This document shows positions 49,404 through 63,000 of a DNA stretch of 64,000 nucleotides, in pieces. The position numbers and the translations under genes were made by a program. The stretch is from Strigamia acuminata (Eukaryota), in contig OX442314.1 in assembly GCA_949358305.1 (NCBI GenBank), positions 372,001 to 436,000 of the forward strand. The letters run 5' to 3'. The notes under the pieces were generated by a model. The model was not told the origin of the DNA. It made no database searches and saw only the letters and a program-made list of their open reading frames with translations. The stretch's first letter is position 1. Each line of letters starts with the position of its first letter.

Positions 49404-52400
49404 ATGGAGGCGGATGTTGATACGGTTTTCAAATACGTGCGAGAAGATTTAAGAATATGCGAGGGAAACTTAATGCCACATCGCACGGACCCCACGGTGG
49501 TCACGGCGATGGTATGCCGAATTTTTAAGCGAGTTTTCACGGTCGATTAAAACGTTTGAATTAATTTAGGTGCACGAAGATTGGCTGAACGAGTTGCTGA
49601 GGGAATCGAAAATTCCGGATACGTTTAAAAGCGAGAATTCGGAGTTGACACACGCGTTTAAAGCGGAGAAACCGTGGAAATGTATTTCGATCGAGGTGTT
49701 GACCAAAGAGAACGGCACCGTGAACATGTGAGGACTTTTGACGAGTGTGTCTAATAATGCGAGTAAATTTAAGTTTTGTTTTGGTTTTTTTAGGTTTAAG
49801 AAGTTTCATCGGGCTTTGACGGTGCAGCCGAGGGACGAGGATTTGGATTATTCCAACTTAATCCATTACGTTACGGAGACGAATTTTAAGAATTTGTGGA
49901 AGGATGTGTCGAAAAAGTACAACAGGGGCGCCCTACACGAGCGGAGAGATGACGTTGGTTTTGATTGGAATTGTTGTGCATTTTTTGATTGATTGGTTTT
50001 TGTTTTGTTTTTATTTTTATTCAGAAGCAAAGACTTAACGATGCAATTCGGGAGGGATTGTTGCGGATTTACGCGTGTCCGTTGATCAATGGCCAAAGAA
50101 ATACTCAATTTGATCAACGAGGTAATTTCAATTTTGATATTTTGAAATGTTTTGGATGAAAACGTGGAAATTTAGGTCAAATGTACAATTTTTAGTTGGA
50201 AAATAATGCGATTTTAGACCAAAGTGCATTTTCATTTCGAGAAATGAAATTTTCAGGCCGAAATATACGCTATTATTCGAAAAAATTTATTTTCAAGAAC
50301 GAAAAATACATTTTTAGGGCTGAAAAATACATTTCTAGGGCTGAAAAATATATTTCTAAGCTGAAAAATACATTTATAGGGCTGAAAAATACATTCATAG
50401 GGCTGAAAAATATATTCATAGGGCTGAAAAATACATCTATAAGCTGAAAAATACAATTATAGGCTGAAAAATACATTTCTAACGCTGAAAAATACATTCA
50501 TAGGGCTGATAAATACATTCATAGGGCTGATAAATACATTTATCGGCTGAAAAATACATTTCTAACGCTGAAAAATACATTCATAGGGCTGATAAATACA
50601 TTCATAGGGCTGATAAATACATTTATCGGCTGAAAAATACATTTATAGGCTGAAAAATACATTTATAGGCTGAAAAATACATTTTTATAGTAAAAAACAT
50701 GTCTAGGTCTGAAATATACATTTCCAAGTGCAAAAATGCAATACAAGACAAAATTAACGCCGTTTGACGCCTAAAAATGTCACCTTTTGTTGAGATTAAT
50801 TGTAAAAACTAAATTCTTTCAGGAACCAAACACGGCAACATCCTCAAAGCGCACTGCATCATCGAACTAGACCGCGCATTCTACATCCTCCACGAGCACG
50901 TCGCCCACACCCTCCACGACTGCATCACCTTCAGCCCCGCCGTCTTCTCCTCCTCCTTCTCCAAACCCCTCTTCGTCATCTACCAGCTCCTCCAAGCCAT
51001 GCGCGACCTCCACGACCGCGGAACCTTCCTCGGCGACCTCTCCCTAACCAACGTCTACCTCGACCAAAACCTCTGGGTGTTCGTGCGCCCGCGCATCAAA
51101 GACGCGCTCGTGCGCGAGACCAAAACCGACGCGAAACGATCCACGAGCAACCTAAGCACCAAGAACCCCCCCGCACCCCCCAACTGCGGCCGCCTGAGCG
51201 CTTTAGTGGACGACTGGGTGCAGTGCAAGACGAGCAACCTCGACTACCTGATGGAACTGAACCGGCTGGCCGGACGCCGGCTGGGCGACGCCGACCACCA
51301 CCCGGTGCTGCCGTGGGTGATGGACCTGTCGTGCGCGCACGGGGGTTGGCGGGACCTGACCAAGTCCAAGTACCGGCTCAACAAGGGCGACAAGCAGCTC
51401 GATTTGACCTACGAGACGCTGGCGGCCGACGAGGACGACTCGTCGCACGTGGCGCACCACGTGTCCGACGTGCTCACCGACATCACGTACTACGTGTACA
51501 TGGCGCGGCGGACCCCGCGCGCCATGCTGTGTCGCCACGTGCGTCCCAACTGGGTGCCGGCCGAGTATCCGTCGAGCATTCAGCGGATGCAGCAGTGGAC
51601 GCCCGACGAGTGCATTCCGCAGTTCTACACCGACCCAGAGGTGTTCGAGTCCATCCACGACGATTTGCCGGACTTGGAGGTGCCGGCGTGGGCGGAGAAC
51701 GCGCAGGATTTCGTGCAGAAGCATCGGGCGGCGCTCGAGAGTGATTACGTGTCCGAGAGACTCAACACGTGGATCGATTTAACTTTTGGATATCGGGTAA
51801 ATTGGAAATTGGAATATTGGAGATTGGAAATGATTGATTGAATTATTGCAGCTTACTGGAACCGCGGCCGTCAAGTCGAAGAACGTTTTCCTCAATTTGG
51901 TGGACCAACACACGCATCTGTCCAACTGCGGCGTCAATCAGATATTCACGCAACCGCATCCGCAGCGGTTGAATCTCGGGCTTTTCAAGAGCCCGCCAAA
52001 GCTCAAACACTTTTACAAGGTGCGATAACTCGCGCGTATCCATTTCTTATAATAATTATTTGCTCTGTCCCAAATTATGGCTTGAGTTTCTATCAAATCA
52101 AGTGTTCGTGCTGATCAATAGATGGCACAAGTTTTGTTTGGAAAATCTGGATTTGTAACGACACTACATAACTAAATTAGCTTATATGTAATTTTGGGTC
52201 ATTTTAAATACAAAATAATTGTTTTATTCAAATCTGATGGTATAAATTTGTTTTGCTTAACTTTTAAGTCAATTATTTGGTGTTACTCACTAAGTGAGTG
52301 AATTTTTCACTCACTTTCTAAACTTTTGAAATGTTTTTGTATGATCCCAAAAGGTGGAAATAATTACAATATTTCAACGTATGAATAAGGAACAACTCCA

Positions 52401-55400
52401 TCGTAAGAGTCATTTGCTGATTTTTATTGAATGTAGTCGAAACCCGACAAAAAAATACAAATTTTGATTATGTTAATTTTGTATTTTAATTAAGAAAAAA
52501 TTAATACGTAAACGATAGTTTGGTTAGGCGTAACAACATTTTTATTTTTATTGTCATTGCCAGGACTCGAGAAGGAAGGAAAAACTGTCGGACGAAGGGA
52601 GTAACGTAGGGAATATAAGAAAACGTGCATTTGACGAGTTGGAATGAACGAAATTGTTTATTAGAAGGAAAACGAGACGAGCGACGAGTCCAAGCGGCAC
52701 AAATCAATGAGTCACAGATCACGGAGCCAGCTCTCGTCGAGCGAACAAACCATTTATCTCCCCAAAGATTACAACCCTTTAGCAGCGCTCAATCAGCTCG
52801 AAGCCACCTACAACGTGACCGCCAAGTGCACTTTCCAAGTCCCTACGGTTCGCGACACCGAGCACGTGAGCCAAAACGAATTTACAATTTACAATTTACA
52901 ATTTACAATTTAACTCGTTCCTAGAATGCGACTTGCAACAGCCTGCACCAACGCAAAATCCGCGACCTCGTGAGCCTGGGCTGTTTGATCGTCGAGCTGT
53001 TCCTGCCGGCGCGTTTCCGCCTCGTCGGCGCGCAGACCGAGCTCGAAGAACGCTACGAGCTGCTGCGCCGCATCCTCAAGATGGATTCGTTCGAATTGCC
53101 GCGATGCGTCAAGTCGGTGGTGCGACTCATCCTCCAGCTGTGTCCCGACGACACGTCCGATCCGTCGTCGTCCCTCCCGCTGCGCCACTCGACCGTCACC
53201 GACTTGGGACTGCCGCCGCCGTCGCCCCACCAACTCCTGCAGCCCCTAGTCAAACTATTCGCTTTCCCCGTCTACTTCAAGCGCGTCTACTCCTTCCTCA
53301 GCCAGATGTCGCTCAATTCCATAACGGACGACGACGAAACGGTGGCCACTGCGCGCCGCCTCGTGCAGATGATGCCGCAACTGAGCAGCGAAGGCGTCGA
53401 CATCGTCATTCCCTACTTGCAGGTGAGGGATTCGATTTTTAAAAAATCCGATTCAAACCGATTCAAACGCACTTGCAGGACATGTTCGCCGACGAGCGCA
53501 CCGACGTGCTGGCCGCCTGGTGCCTGTTCGAGCCGCTCGCGGCGGCGCTGGGGCCCGCGAGGACCAAGAAACAGCTGCTCACCTACCTCGTGCCCATCTA
53601 CGACCGCGACACCTTCACTCCCAAGTGTCTGAAGCTGTTCCAGCGCAGTTTCCTGCTCCAGTTGATGGTGCGGCTCGGCGTGCGCACGTTTCTCTCGCAT
53701 TTCGTCACGCGGCTCATCGAAGCGGTCGGCGGCTTCAAGGACTACGACCAGGACAGCACCAACTTGCGGCGGAAGACGTCGCACTTGCACTCGCCCGAAC
53801 TCGAAGCGATGCACGAAGAGGCGGCGACCGTGCTGTCGCCGTTTGACGAGGCCAAGAATAAGGATCCGGCCGAGGAGAAGGAGAAAGCGGAGCCCGTCGA
53901 CGCCGAGTACGACCCGGAGCCCGAGATGTTTCTGTTCGACCCGGTGCCCGAGGACGTGAACGCGGACCAGTCGTCGGAAAGCGAGAACACGTCGCTCGAG
54001 GACGAAGCGGCGAACGACGAAGCGCTGCCGCCGCTGCCGCCACCGTCGCTCGATTGTTTTATTGAAACGTGTTCTTCGCCTTCTGACGAGGCCAACGTGT
54101 CGGATTTGGCTACGGAGAACGTAGATTGGTTGAGCCACCGACTCGGGCCCGTTCTGACGGCCAAGTACTTGTCGCGCAATCTGCTGCGCATGCTGAGTTT
54201 GTGCTACCACGGGGGAGAACAGCTTGCGTTTGTGGAGTGCGATAAAGACGGCGAGGGGGACGGGATCTGCAACAAGAGGGTGGCCGGTGATGACAACGTG
54301 GCCAACGTGCTGCTCTGTCTTTCCAATATCGCAGTTTTGTACGGGGAGCAGTTCATTCTCGTCCAATACTTCTCGCATATCGTAGATTTGGTGAGTTTTC
54401 TTTAGTTTTATTGACTTGTGTTTAGTTTTATTGAATATTCTCTAGTTTTATTGACTTTTATTCAACTTTAATTGTATTATTATCTGAAGGTTTCGTGCTG
54501 CGCGAAGCGGTTGACGGTGAACCTGGAAGCGGGCGTGGTTGGCTCGATGATGCTCCTCAAGCACATCGTGCCGTTCGTGTCGGACGCCGCCCTCATGGAC
54601 AACCTGCAGGACGTGCTGATCCGCGACATCCTGTACCCGACGGTGCAACTCATTTCGTCGTGGCGCGTGTCCTTCCCGAACGGCGCTCGGGCGCGGCGCG
54701 TCATCGCCTTCAAACTCCTCGACGTCTTGTACCTAATCGGTCTTCGCTTAGGTTTCGAGATGACCAGGAAACATCTCACGTCCATCCTGAGACGCTTCTT
54801 CAAGTCTTTCGACCGCATTTCCGACGAGGCCAATTTGCTCGCGCTCCGAGAGCGCAACGACACGTTCGACTCCGAGATGGCGTACATGGCGTACATTCCG
54901 TTCTGTAAATTAGCCGGAGAGTAAGCCTGAATTAATCTGATTTTGATTTTGATTTGATTTGATTTGATTTGATTTCTTTGTCAGCATTCACATGGAGAAA
55001 TGTTTGGAGAACGACGCGCTCATCCGTCGCTTGTGCACGCGCCACGACAAGGAGTTGCTGCAGATCGAAACGAGCAACGACGATGACAACGCGAATGCCA
55101 ACGCGAACGTTTTCCCGTCGTCGAAATATCCGAATTACTCGGAAGAGGAGCACATAGTGAGCGGAACTTTTGGCAAAAACGTGGCCATGGTCGGGAACCG
55201 CATCGACATTCGCGTGCACGAAGAAAAGCCGCAGCAGCAGCAGAACAAAAGTGGGAAGAAAGCGGGGAAAAATAGCAACTACAAAATGCACAACGGCGCG
55301 CGCCATTTGCGAGGCAGTTGGTTGGCATACTGGGAACATGAAATCGGTAAAATACATCCTATGTAGGGTTGCGTTCAAATCTCATAAAATCATTCACACA

Positions 55401-56599
55401 CACAAATTCCTTTTTGAATATGTAGTAATTTTGTTAATTTTCTTAACTTTGGCCAGGGCAACACGAGAAAGACGTGGAGTTCAACTTCAAGCAGATCAAA
55501 CTGCAGACGTTCGCGGGCCACACGGCCAACGTGCGCTCCATCTGCTGCCTGGACAACGAGATTTCCTTCATGACGGGCAGCAAGGACAAAAGCGTCAAGC
55601 TGTGGTCGCTGCGCAGCCACGGCGACGGCTCGGGCCGCTCGAGCTGCCAGTGGACGTACCCGCACCACAAGAAGAGCGTGTTCGCCGTCACGTTCCTCGA
55701 CTCGCTGCGCAGGGTGGTGTCGTGCGACGGCACGGTCCACCTGTGGGACCCGTTCGTGGGCTCGTCGCTGCGCCAAATGGAGCCGGTGCGCAACAGCTGC
55801 GTGTCGGTGCTCGCGTGTCTGCCGTCGCCCAGCTCGGTGCTCGTCACGGCTGCCAGCGACTCCAACCTGCGCTTTTTCGACGTGCGTTCCATGAAATACA
55901 TTCACGAGTACAAAGTGAGCGTCGCTCCCGCAGGTGAGTGATTGATGAAATATATTTTTTCCAGTTCTAAGCATTTAATTTTAATTTTAAATTTTTCTAG
56001 GGTTGATTCGGTGCGTGTCGGTCAGTCCCGATGGCCACTGGCTGTGCGTGGGCCACTCGTCCGGCGTGATCTCCATCTTGGACGTGCGCACGGGCCTCAT
56101 TTCGGCCATCTGGAAGGGCCACGAGGGCGAGATATTGAAAGTATTTATTTTCTATTTAATTTTTGATTGAATTTAATTTAATTTTTAATTTGTGCAGATC
56201 AGGGCATACAATAAAAATACGTTCGTCACGTCGTCGCTCGACCAGCACGTGTCGGTCTGGAATGCGGACGACGGCAAGTTGCAGCACAATCTGAGGGGCC
56301 CGACGGAACCCGTGCACTGCTTCGACTTCTACAGGAACGAGATGGTGTCGGCGTCGACGGCTAATCGAATCGGCGTGCACACGGCCATCGACAACCAAGT
56401 ATGGGAAATTAATAAAGTGATTTTGTCATTTTGTCATTTTGATTTATTTTTTACATTTGATTGAATTCAGGCGTCGTTTTCGAGCACTCGACTCAGGTCG
56501 GACACTTTCCGCGGGATGATTTCCGCACTCTCGATTCTTCCTCTCAACCGCCTTTTGCTATTGGGTGCTGATAATGGCAACGTTTCTCTCTTGTGTTAA
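49404..56599 (+). CDS. WDR81: WD repeat-containing protein 81 (BEACH + WD40), multi-exon
   Basis: [25 protein letters not shown] ([19 protein letters not shown]...PVLPWVMD...[40 protein letters not shown]); [26 protein letters not shown]40 repeats; end [20 protein letters not shown]. Confidence 0.95.
50300..50690. repeat. Intronic 20-21-bp minisatellite (gctgaaaaatacatttatag)
   Basis: Directly visible. Confidence 0.9.
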
Positions 56600-57059
56600 A
56601 AGTACAATAAATATCATCTTCATTTCTTTTCTTGTTGCATTGACTATCTATCCTGTGATGCAGTTGCCAAGATATTCCTATTCCTACACATTAAAAGCAA
56701 AACACATTAAACCAAATTATGACTATTTTGTATTTCATTCTACAACTCACATTAGGTGCGTTCAATCTTAAATGGATTTCTTTGTTTCGCCAATTTTCTT
56801 AATTTCGGGAGATAGGAAGTGACGATTTTTATGTCATGAAAACGAAATTGAATTTCAGAAAATCGGATTTTGGGAAAGCAACGTGTAGGGTTACTTTCTT
56901 TGATCTCAAGTTGATTTCAGCCATCTCGAATCGCACGTTATTTTTGTTTGCATACAAAGATGAAATTATTTAAAGACAAGAAAGATGATCAATTGTTATG
57001 CTTCTATAAACTATTTTATTTCAGTCTGAGGGATGTACAGATTCTTTAAAACATTGCGA

Positions 57060-60000
57060 TTAAAATTCTCTGAATCTTTGAGAGGTACTTCTATGAGCTT
57101 GGTTACATTTGCAAGTGTCGTAGGCACCTTCCTTCTTGAATTTGTAATACAGTTCGTGTCCTTGGGGACGATGGTGTCTGCGGCTGTGATGTCGTGGCCG
57201 TTCAAAATGTCCAACTTCCAGTCTTCCAGGATGTTTGGCATAATTTCTTTTGGCAGTATTATAATCTCTCGTAATGCTGTCAAATTGACGTCTGTAATCA
57301 GGTCTCCTTCGGTACTCTGGTCTCAAAACAATTTTTGGTTCAAAAACTAGCTCAGGTCTCAGTCGATACTCGGGTTCATCACTCGGTTCTTCAGTTGGTT
57401 CTTCAACATCCGTTTCTTTGTATTCTGGGAACGAATGGACTTTTGTAGCAGCACAAAGTTTAGCAAAATCCAGTACGGTAGAGCTGGCTTGAATGACGAC
57501 AGGAATTTCCAGGGTTGTTCCATCTTTTTCCTTGTTTTCTTTGAAAGTCAAATCTCGATAAGTAGCAAAGAGAACGAGCAATTGAAGTTCTTCAGGTGTC
57601 AGTTGGAAAGTTCTTGGCTTGTCATTGTGAATGGTTACTTCCACTTCGTAAGCACCTTCATCATGCTTTATCACAATGTTAAAAAGCTTGGAAATTCGCA
57701 CTTTTTTGACAAAATCAAAAAATTCAGGCTTAATGTGAGAGAAAACTGGATGCAAGCTATCTTTCCTGATAACCATAGTCACAGAATTGTCCTCATCTAT
57801 ATAAAAGTTATACGGGAATTCCGGTCTACTGAACATAGCCACAAACAGCTGAGTAATAATAGGTGAAAGATTTTCAATTATCAGCTTATTCGGTCCATTT
57901 GAAATTACAAGGTTGATTTCATTATCTGGGTTTCGAGTAATCGAAAGTTCCACATTGGGACTATGCCGTGCTATCTGTGAAGTCTTCAAGAAGGCTGGAT
58001 GCACATTTCTGAAAACCAGATTTGGTCTGTGTGCAGTAATTTCTACGGTAGCTTTGCCATCCCTTTCATTCAAAATTCTTGTATGTAACTTAGGCTGAGA
58101 AAGCAGGATACTTGCTAATTGAACAGTGGTAGGCGACTGATGAGGAAACTTTTTGCCATTAAGATCAAAAGTGTAAGAATCAGGCTTTGTCGAATGCGGC
58201 TTTTTCTTATCCAACACAATGGAAAATGTATCCTTTGGAGTTGGTTTGTGCTTGGTCAGAAAGTTTAATACTTCTGGGCTTACATCGTGTAAAATGTTGT
58301 GAGAAACTCTTTTCGGTGCAGTTACAATTAAATGTCCATCTTCGTCAACGGCCGACTTTAGTGGAAGACTTGGTTCAGTGTACAAGCGGACGAGAAAGTT
58401 AAGGAATAAGGGTTGGATATTGTCCTCAGACAGTGGATTTGAGCGGTCATAAAGGTCATCAAACACAACCTTGTAGGTGTTTGGTTTGCTACCTGGTGAA
58501 ACAATGACAGAGTTGAGTTTTGGGTTTCTGAAGTCCCGAATCAACAATAGATCTTTCGGAGTAATTGGCACATCAAATGTTGGTACGTCATCTCTGGATG
58601 GTCTGACTGTTAACTTTCCATTAGGTTGTGGTTGGACGCGATACTCCGTGGTTGGTGCATTAAACAATTCCACGACTAATTGAACAATCTTGGGTTCTAG
58701 ATGTTTAAAATGTTTAATTGGTTTGTTTTGCTCTTGGAATATTACGTCATAGTGGTCTGGAATCTCAGAACTGGTCACGACCACTTCGAGATTTGGATGA
58801 GAGCGATGTTTGTCAACGAATTTAAGCAAATCCTTGGATACATTTGGAACTATTAACTCTTTTGGTCGAACTGGAATAGTCAGGACATGTCTTCCATCTC
58901 TACCAGTATAAATATGGAATGGAAGTTTTGGTTCAGTGAGTAACTTAGTGGCAAGGTTAACAATATTAGGAGCAACACGAGGATATGACTCTCTGTCTGG
59001 ACCGTGACCAACTACAACCGTGGGTCGATTTTTTCTGTCACGCTTAATAGTGACTTCTGTGTGCGGATGTCGTTTAATGTGATGGATCAAATCCACATCA
59101 TCTTTGTTAACTACAGCTGTCGTAGTTTTAGGCAGGTCTTCGGGCACATTACCATAGATTTGATTGTCACTAGTTGGCTTCAATTGTATGTTTCTGTGAG
59201 GATTTTTATACAATTTTATAACAACCGGCAATACTCTTTTTGGAATATTCGGATAGACATGCTCTTTTTTACCATCTTTGACAACGACAGTGAATGCTCC
59301 ATCTTTTTGTGGTTTGATATTAAGCTTAACATCCTTTGGAGAATGGAGAAGTTTAATCAATTCCAGAACATCCGGAGTTATTTGCACATTATCTTCTTTG
59401 ACATTTGATTTTGGTACCGTGATGTAAAAGTTACCTTTCGGTGTTGGTTTAACAGTGAAAGAAACATCTGGATGACTCTTCAAATCTATGATCAAGTCTA
59501 ATGTCTCTTGGTTGACATGAGGATAAGTCTTTGGCTTCTTGTGTGGTTCTTTGGTTTCAATATCGAAGGTGTGGTCTGGTCCTGGCTTGACGTTGATTTC
59601 TGTATCTGGATTTTGTTTAATATCTCTGATGATATCTAGAACATTAGGCTTCACTTCATAGCGATGGCTGTTGCTACTTGGTTCAGTTGGAACAAATTCG
59701 ATCGTGTCATCTTTGCCTGGTTTGATTTCATATTCTACAGTTGGTTCACTGTATAATTTGGTGATAACTGGAATCAATTCGGGACTAATATGCTTGTACT
59801 CTTTTTCTGGTTTTTTACCATTTTGTACAACAACGGTAAAAGTTCCCGGTTTTTCTGGTTTGAATGAAACTTTCGGTTGTGGTTTTCGTTTGATGTTCTT
59901 TATTAAATCGATGATCTCTGGAGTTAGTTTTGTATGAACAGGTTGCGATTGGTGTTTTGGTACGACCAATTGAATCTTTCCACGCTTGTCTGACTTTACT

Positions 60001-63000
60001 CTGAATTGTACGTGTGGAGTTGTTTTCAGCTTGCTGATCAAATTCAAAACATTTGGATGCACATGCTTCAAGGTGTGAGGTTTGCTTCCATCTTTTGGTT
60101 TGATTGTTACTGTAAAAGTACCTTCATTGTCTGGCTTAATTTCAATCTCAGTATCTGGTTGATGTCTTACAATTTCCAAAGGTTTCAGATAATCGATATC
60201 AATATCAATATTTTCGACATCTGGTTTTTTCTTATTTGGAACATTAATGTTTACCTTCTTCGGATCATCTGAAGGGGTAATTTCAAAAGGCAAATCCTTT
60301 TGATTCCTAATAGTAATTAACTTATTCAGTAATTCAGGAGTAATATCTGGATAGGTTTTGGTATCTTGACCATCACTGACGGTAATTTTGAAATTTGGAC
60401 CGTCTGGAGCAATGGAAATGGATAACTGAGGAGCTGATTTGATTGTCTGGATAAGTGCCAATTGATTCTTTGGTATTGAAATAATAGGATCAGTTGAAGT
60501 TTTTCCAGGTGAAATAACATGAATAACTTCTTTGGGCTTATGTTCTTTTCTGTGTGGTTCTTTGTGTCCAGGTTTTTCATGGTGTGGTTCTTTATGTCCA
60601 GGTTTTTCATGGTGCGGTTCTTTATGTCCAGGTTTTTCATGGTGTGGTTCTTTATGTCCAGGTTTTTCATGGTGTGGTTCTTTATGTCCAGGTTTTTCAT
60701 GGTGCGGTTCTTTATGTCCAGGTTTTTCATGGTGCGGTTCTTTATGTCCAGGTTTTTCATGGTGCGGTTCTTTATGTCCAGGTTTTTCATGGTGCGGTTC
60801 TTTATGTCCAGGTTTTTCATGGTGTGGTTCTTTATGTCCAGGTTTTTCATGGTGTGGTTCTTTATGTCCAGGTTTTTCATGATGTGGTTCTTTATGTCCA
60901 GGTTTTTCATGGTGCGGTTCTTTATGTCCAGGTTTTTCATGGTGCGGTTCTTTATGTCCAGGTTTTTCATGGTGTGGTTCTTTATGTCCAGGTTTTTCAT
61001 GATGTGGTTCTTTATGTCCAGGTTTTTCATGATGTGGTTCTTTATGTCCAGGTTTTTCATGGTGCGGTTCTTTATGTCCAGGTTTTTCATGGTGTGGTTC
61101 TTTATGTCCAGGTTGTTCTTTAACAATGTGAATCGGCAATTTTGGATTTTTGGTTACTTTTATCAGAAACTTGATAGCTTCAGGGGATTGGTCTTTCAAC
61201 TTCTTTGGTTTTCCATTAATGAAGACAATAATGTTAGATTTTCCGTTTTTAGAAGGTTCCACCTTGTACTTGATGTTTGACTTTGGATTCTTTTTTATCT
61301 CTTCGATCAAATCAGTGAACTCAAGGTCTACTGTTATCGGAGTGTTTGTCTCTTCGTCCGTCACAACAAAAGTTGGTTCGTCATGTTTAGGTTCTTCTTT
61401 GACAATGTGAATCGGCAACTTTGGATTTTTTGTTACTTTTATCAGAAACTTGATAGCTTCAGGGGTTTGGTCTTTCAAAATCTTAGGTTTTCCATTAATG
61501 TAGACAATAATGTTAGATTTTCCGTTTTTGGATGGTTCCACCTTGTATTTGATGTTTGATGTTGGATTCTTTTTTATCTCTTCGATCAAATCAGTGAACT
61601 CAAGGTCTACTGTTATCGGTGTGTTTGTTTCATCGTCTGTCACAACAAAAGTTGGTTCCTCATGTTTAGGTTCTTCTTTGACAATGTGAATAGGCAAATT
61701 TGGATTTTTTGTTACTTTTATCAGAAACTTGATAGCTTCAGGGGATTGGTCTTTCAACTTATTTGGTTTTCCATTAATGTAGACAATAATATTGGATTTT
61801 CCGTTTTTAGAAGGTTCCACCTTGTACTTGATGTTTGACTTTGGATTCTTCTTTATCTCTTCGATCAAATCAGTGAACTCAACGTCGACTTCAATCAATG
61901 AGTTTGTTTCTTCATCCGCCACAATAAAAGTAGTTTGATCTTGTTGTGGTTTAAGTTTTTCTTTGGTGACATGAATTGGTAGCTTTGGATTTTTTGTTAC
62001 TTTCATCAGAAACTTTACAGCTTCAGGAGATTGGTCTTTCAACTCTTTTGGTTTTCCATCGATGAAGACAATAACATTGAATTTTCCATTTTTGGAAGGT
62101 TCAACCTTGAACTTGAAGGTTGATGTCGGATTCTTCTTGATTTCTTCAATCAAATCAGTGAACTCGACGTCTACTTGGATTGGTGTTTGTGTTTCTTTGT
62201 CCGACAGAATAAAAGTTGTTTGGCCATTATGCTTGACTGTTTTTGGAGTCCTAAGCGATTGAAGCAATTGAACAATAATGTTTAAGAATTTAGCCGGTAA
62301 TGGATATTTTTTTGTTTTGCCATTGTGAGTGATGACAAGCTCCAAACCATTTTTCCCAGTGCCAATTCTCAAGTTGTATGATGGATCACTCTTAGCCTTG
62401 GTTATTAATTCTAAAAATTTATCAGAATCAATGGTTCCAATGTTGAGGTCCTCAGGTTGCTCTTCAAGTGTAATCGTAAATTGTCCAGTAGCTGATGCTG
62501 GTGAAAGCTTAAATTGCAAATCAGGATTCTTAATAAGTTTAATAAAAACAAAAAGCAAATTTGGATCAATGTGCTTGTATGTTTTAGAACCTTTCTTCCC
62601 TTCATGAATAGTTAACTCATATTTGCCATCAGTTCCTGGTTGAATTTGAATTCTATTTTCTGGATGTTCTCGTACTTGTTTCAGCAATGTCAAAAACAGT
62701 GGTTTTACTGTAAATGTTGTTTGCGTTGCACTATTGTCAGGAATAAACAAATAAGATTTATCTCCTGATTTGCCTAAAACTTCGTATGGCAATGAGGGAT
62801 TCTTAACCAATCGAATAAAGGCGTCGCCAATTTTTGCTGGCACATCAGAATAGATTTTCTTTTTCCCATTTGAGTCGTCAGTCACAGTTATTGTGTACGT
62901 ATCACCTGATGTTGCTATTTGAATTGAATAGCCTCCTTTCCTTATTTTCTTTACGACCTCTAAGAATTCGGGCTTCACTGTAATAATATTTGATGGTTTT

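Noticed and set aside
51055..55974. Many overlapping and antisense ORFs over WDR81
   Set aside because: Expected from GC3-rich exons; no independent motifs.
60549..61118. CRISPR-like regularity of the 30-bp and 41-bp arrays
   Set aside because: Head-to-tail repeats without unique spacers, eukaryotic context, no cas genes.
60326..61280. Long alternative-frame ORFs over the His VNTR (MKNLDIKNHT, FFMSRFFMVW, CPGFSWCGSL repeats)
   Set aside because: By-products of a stop-free 30-bp repeat; their lengths simply track unit number.
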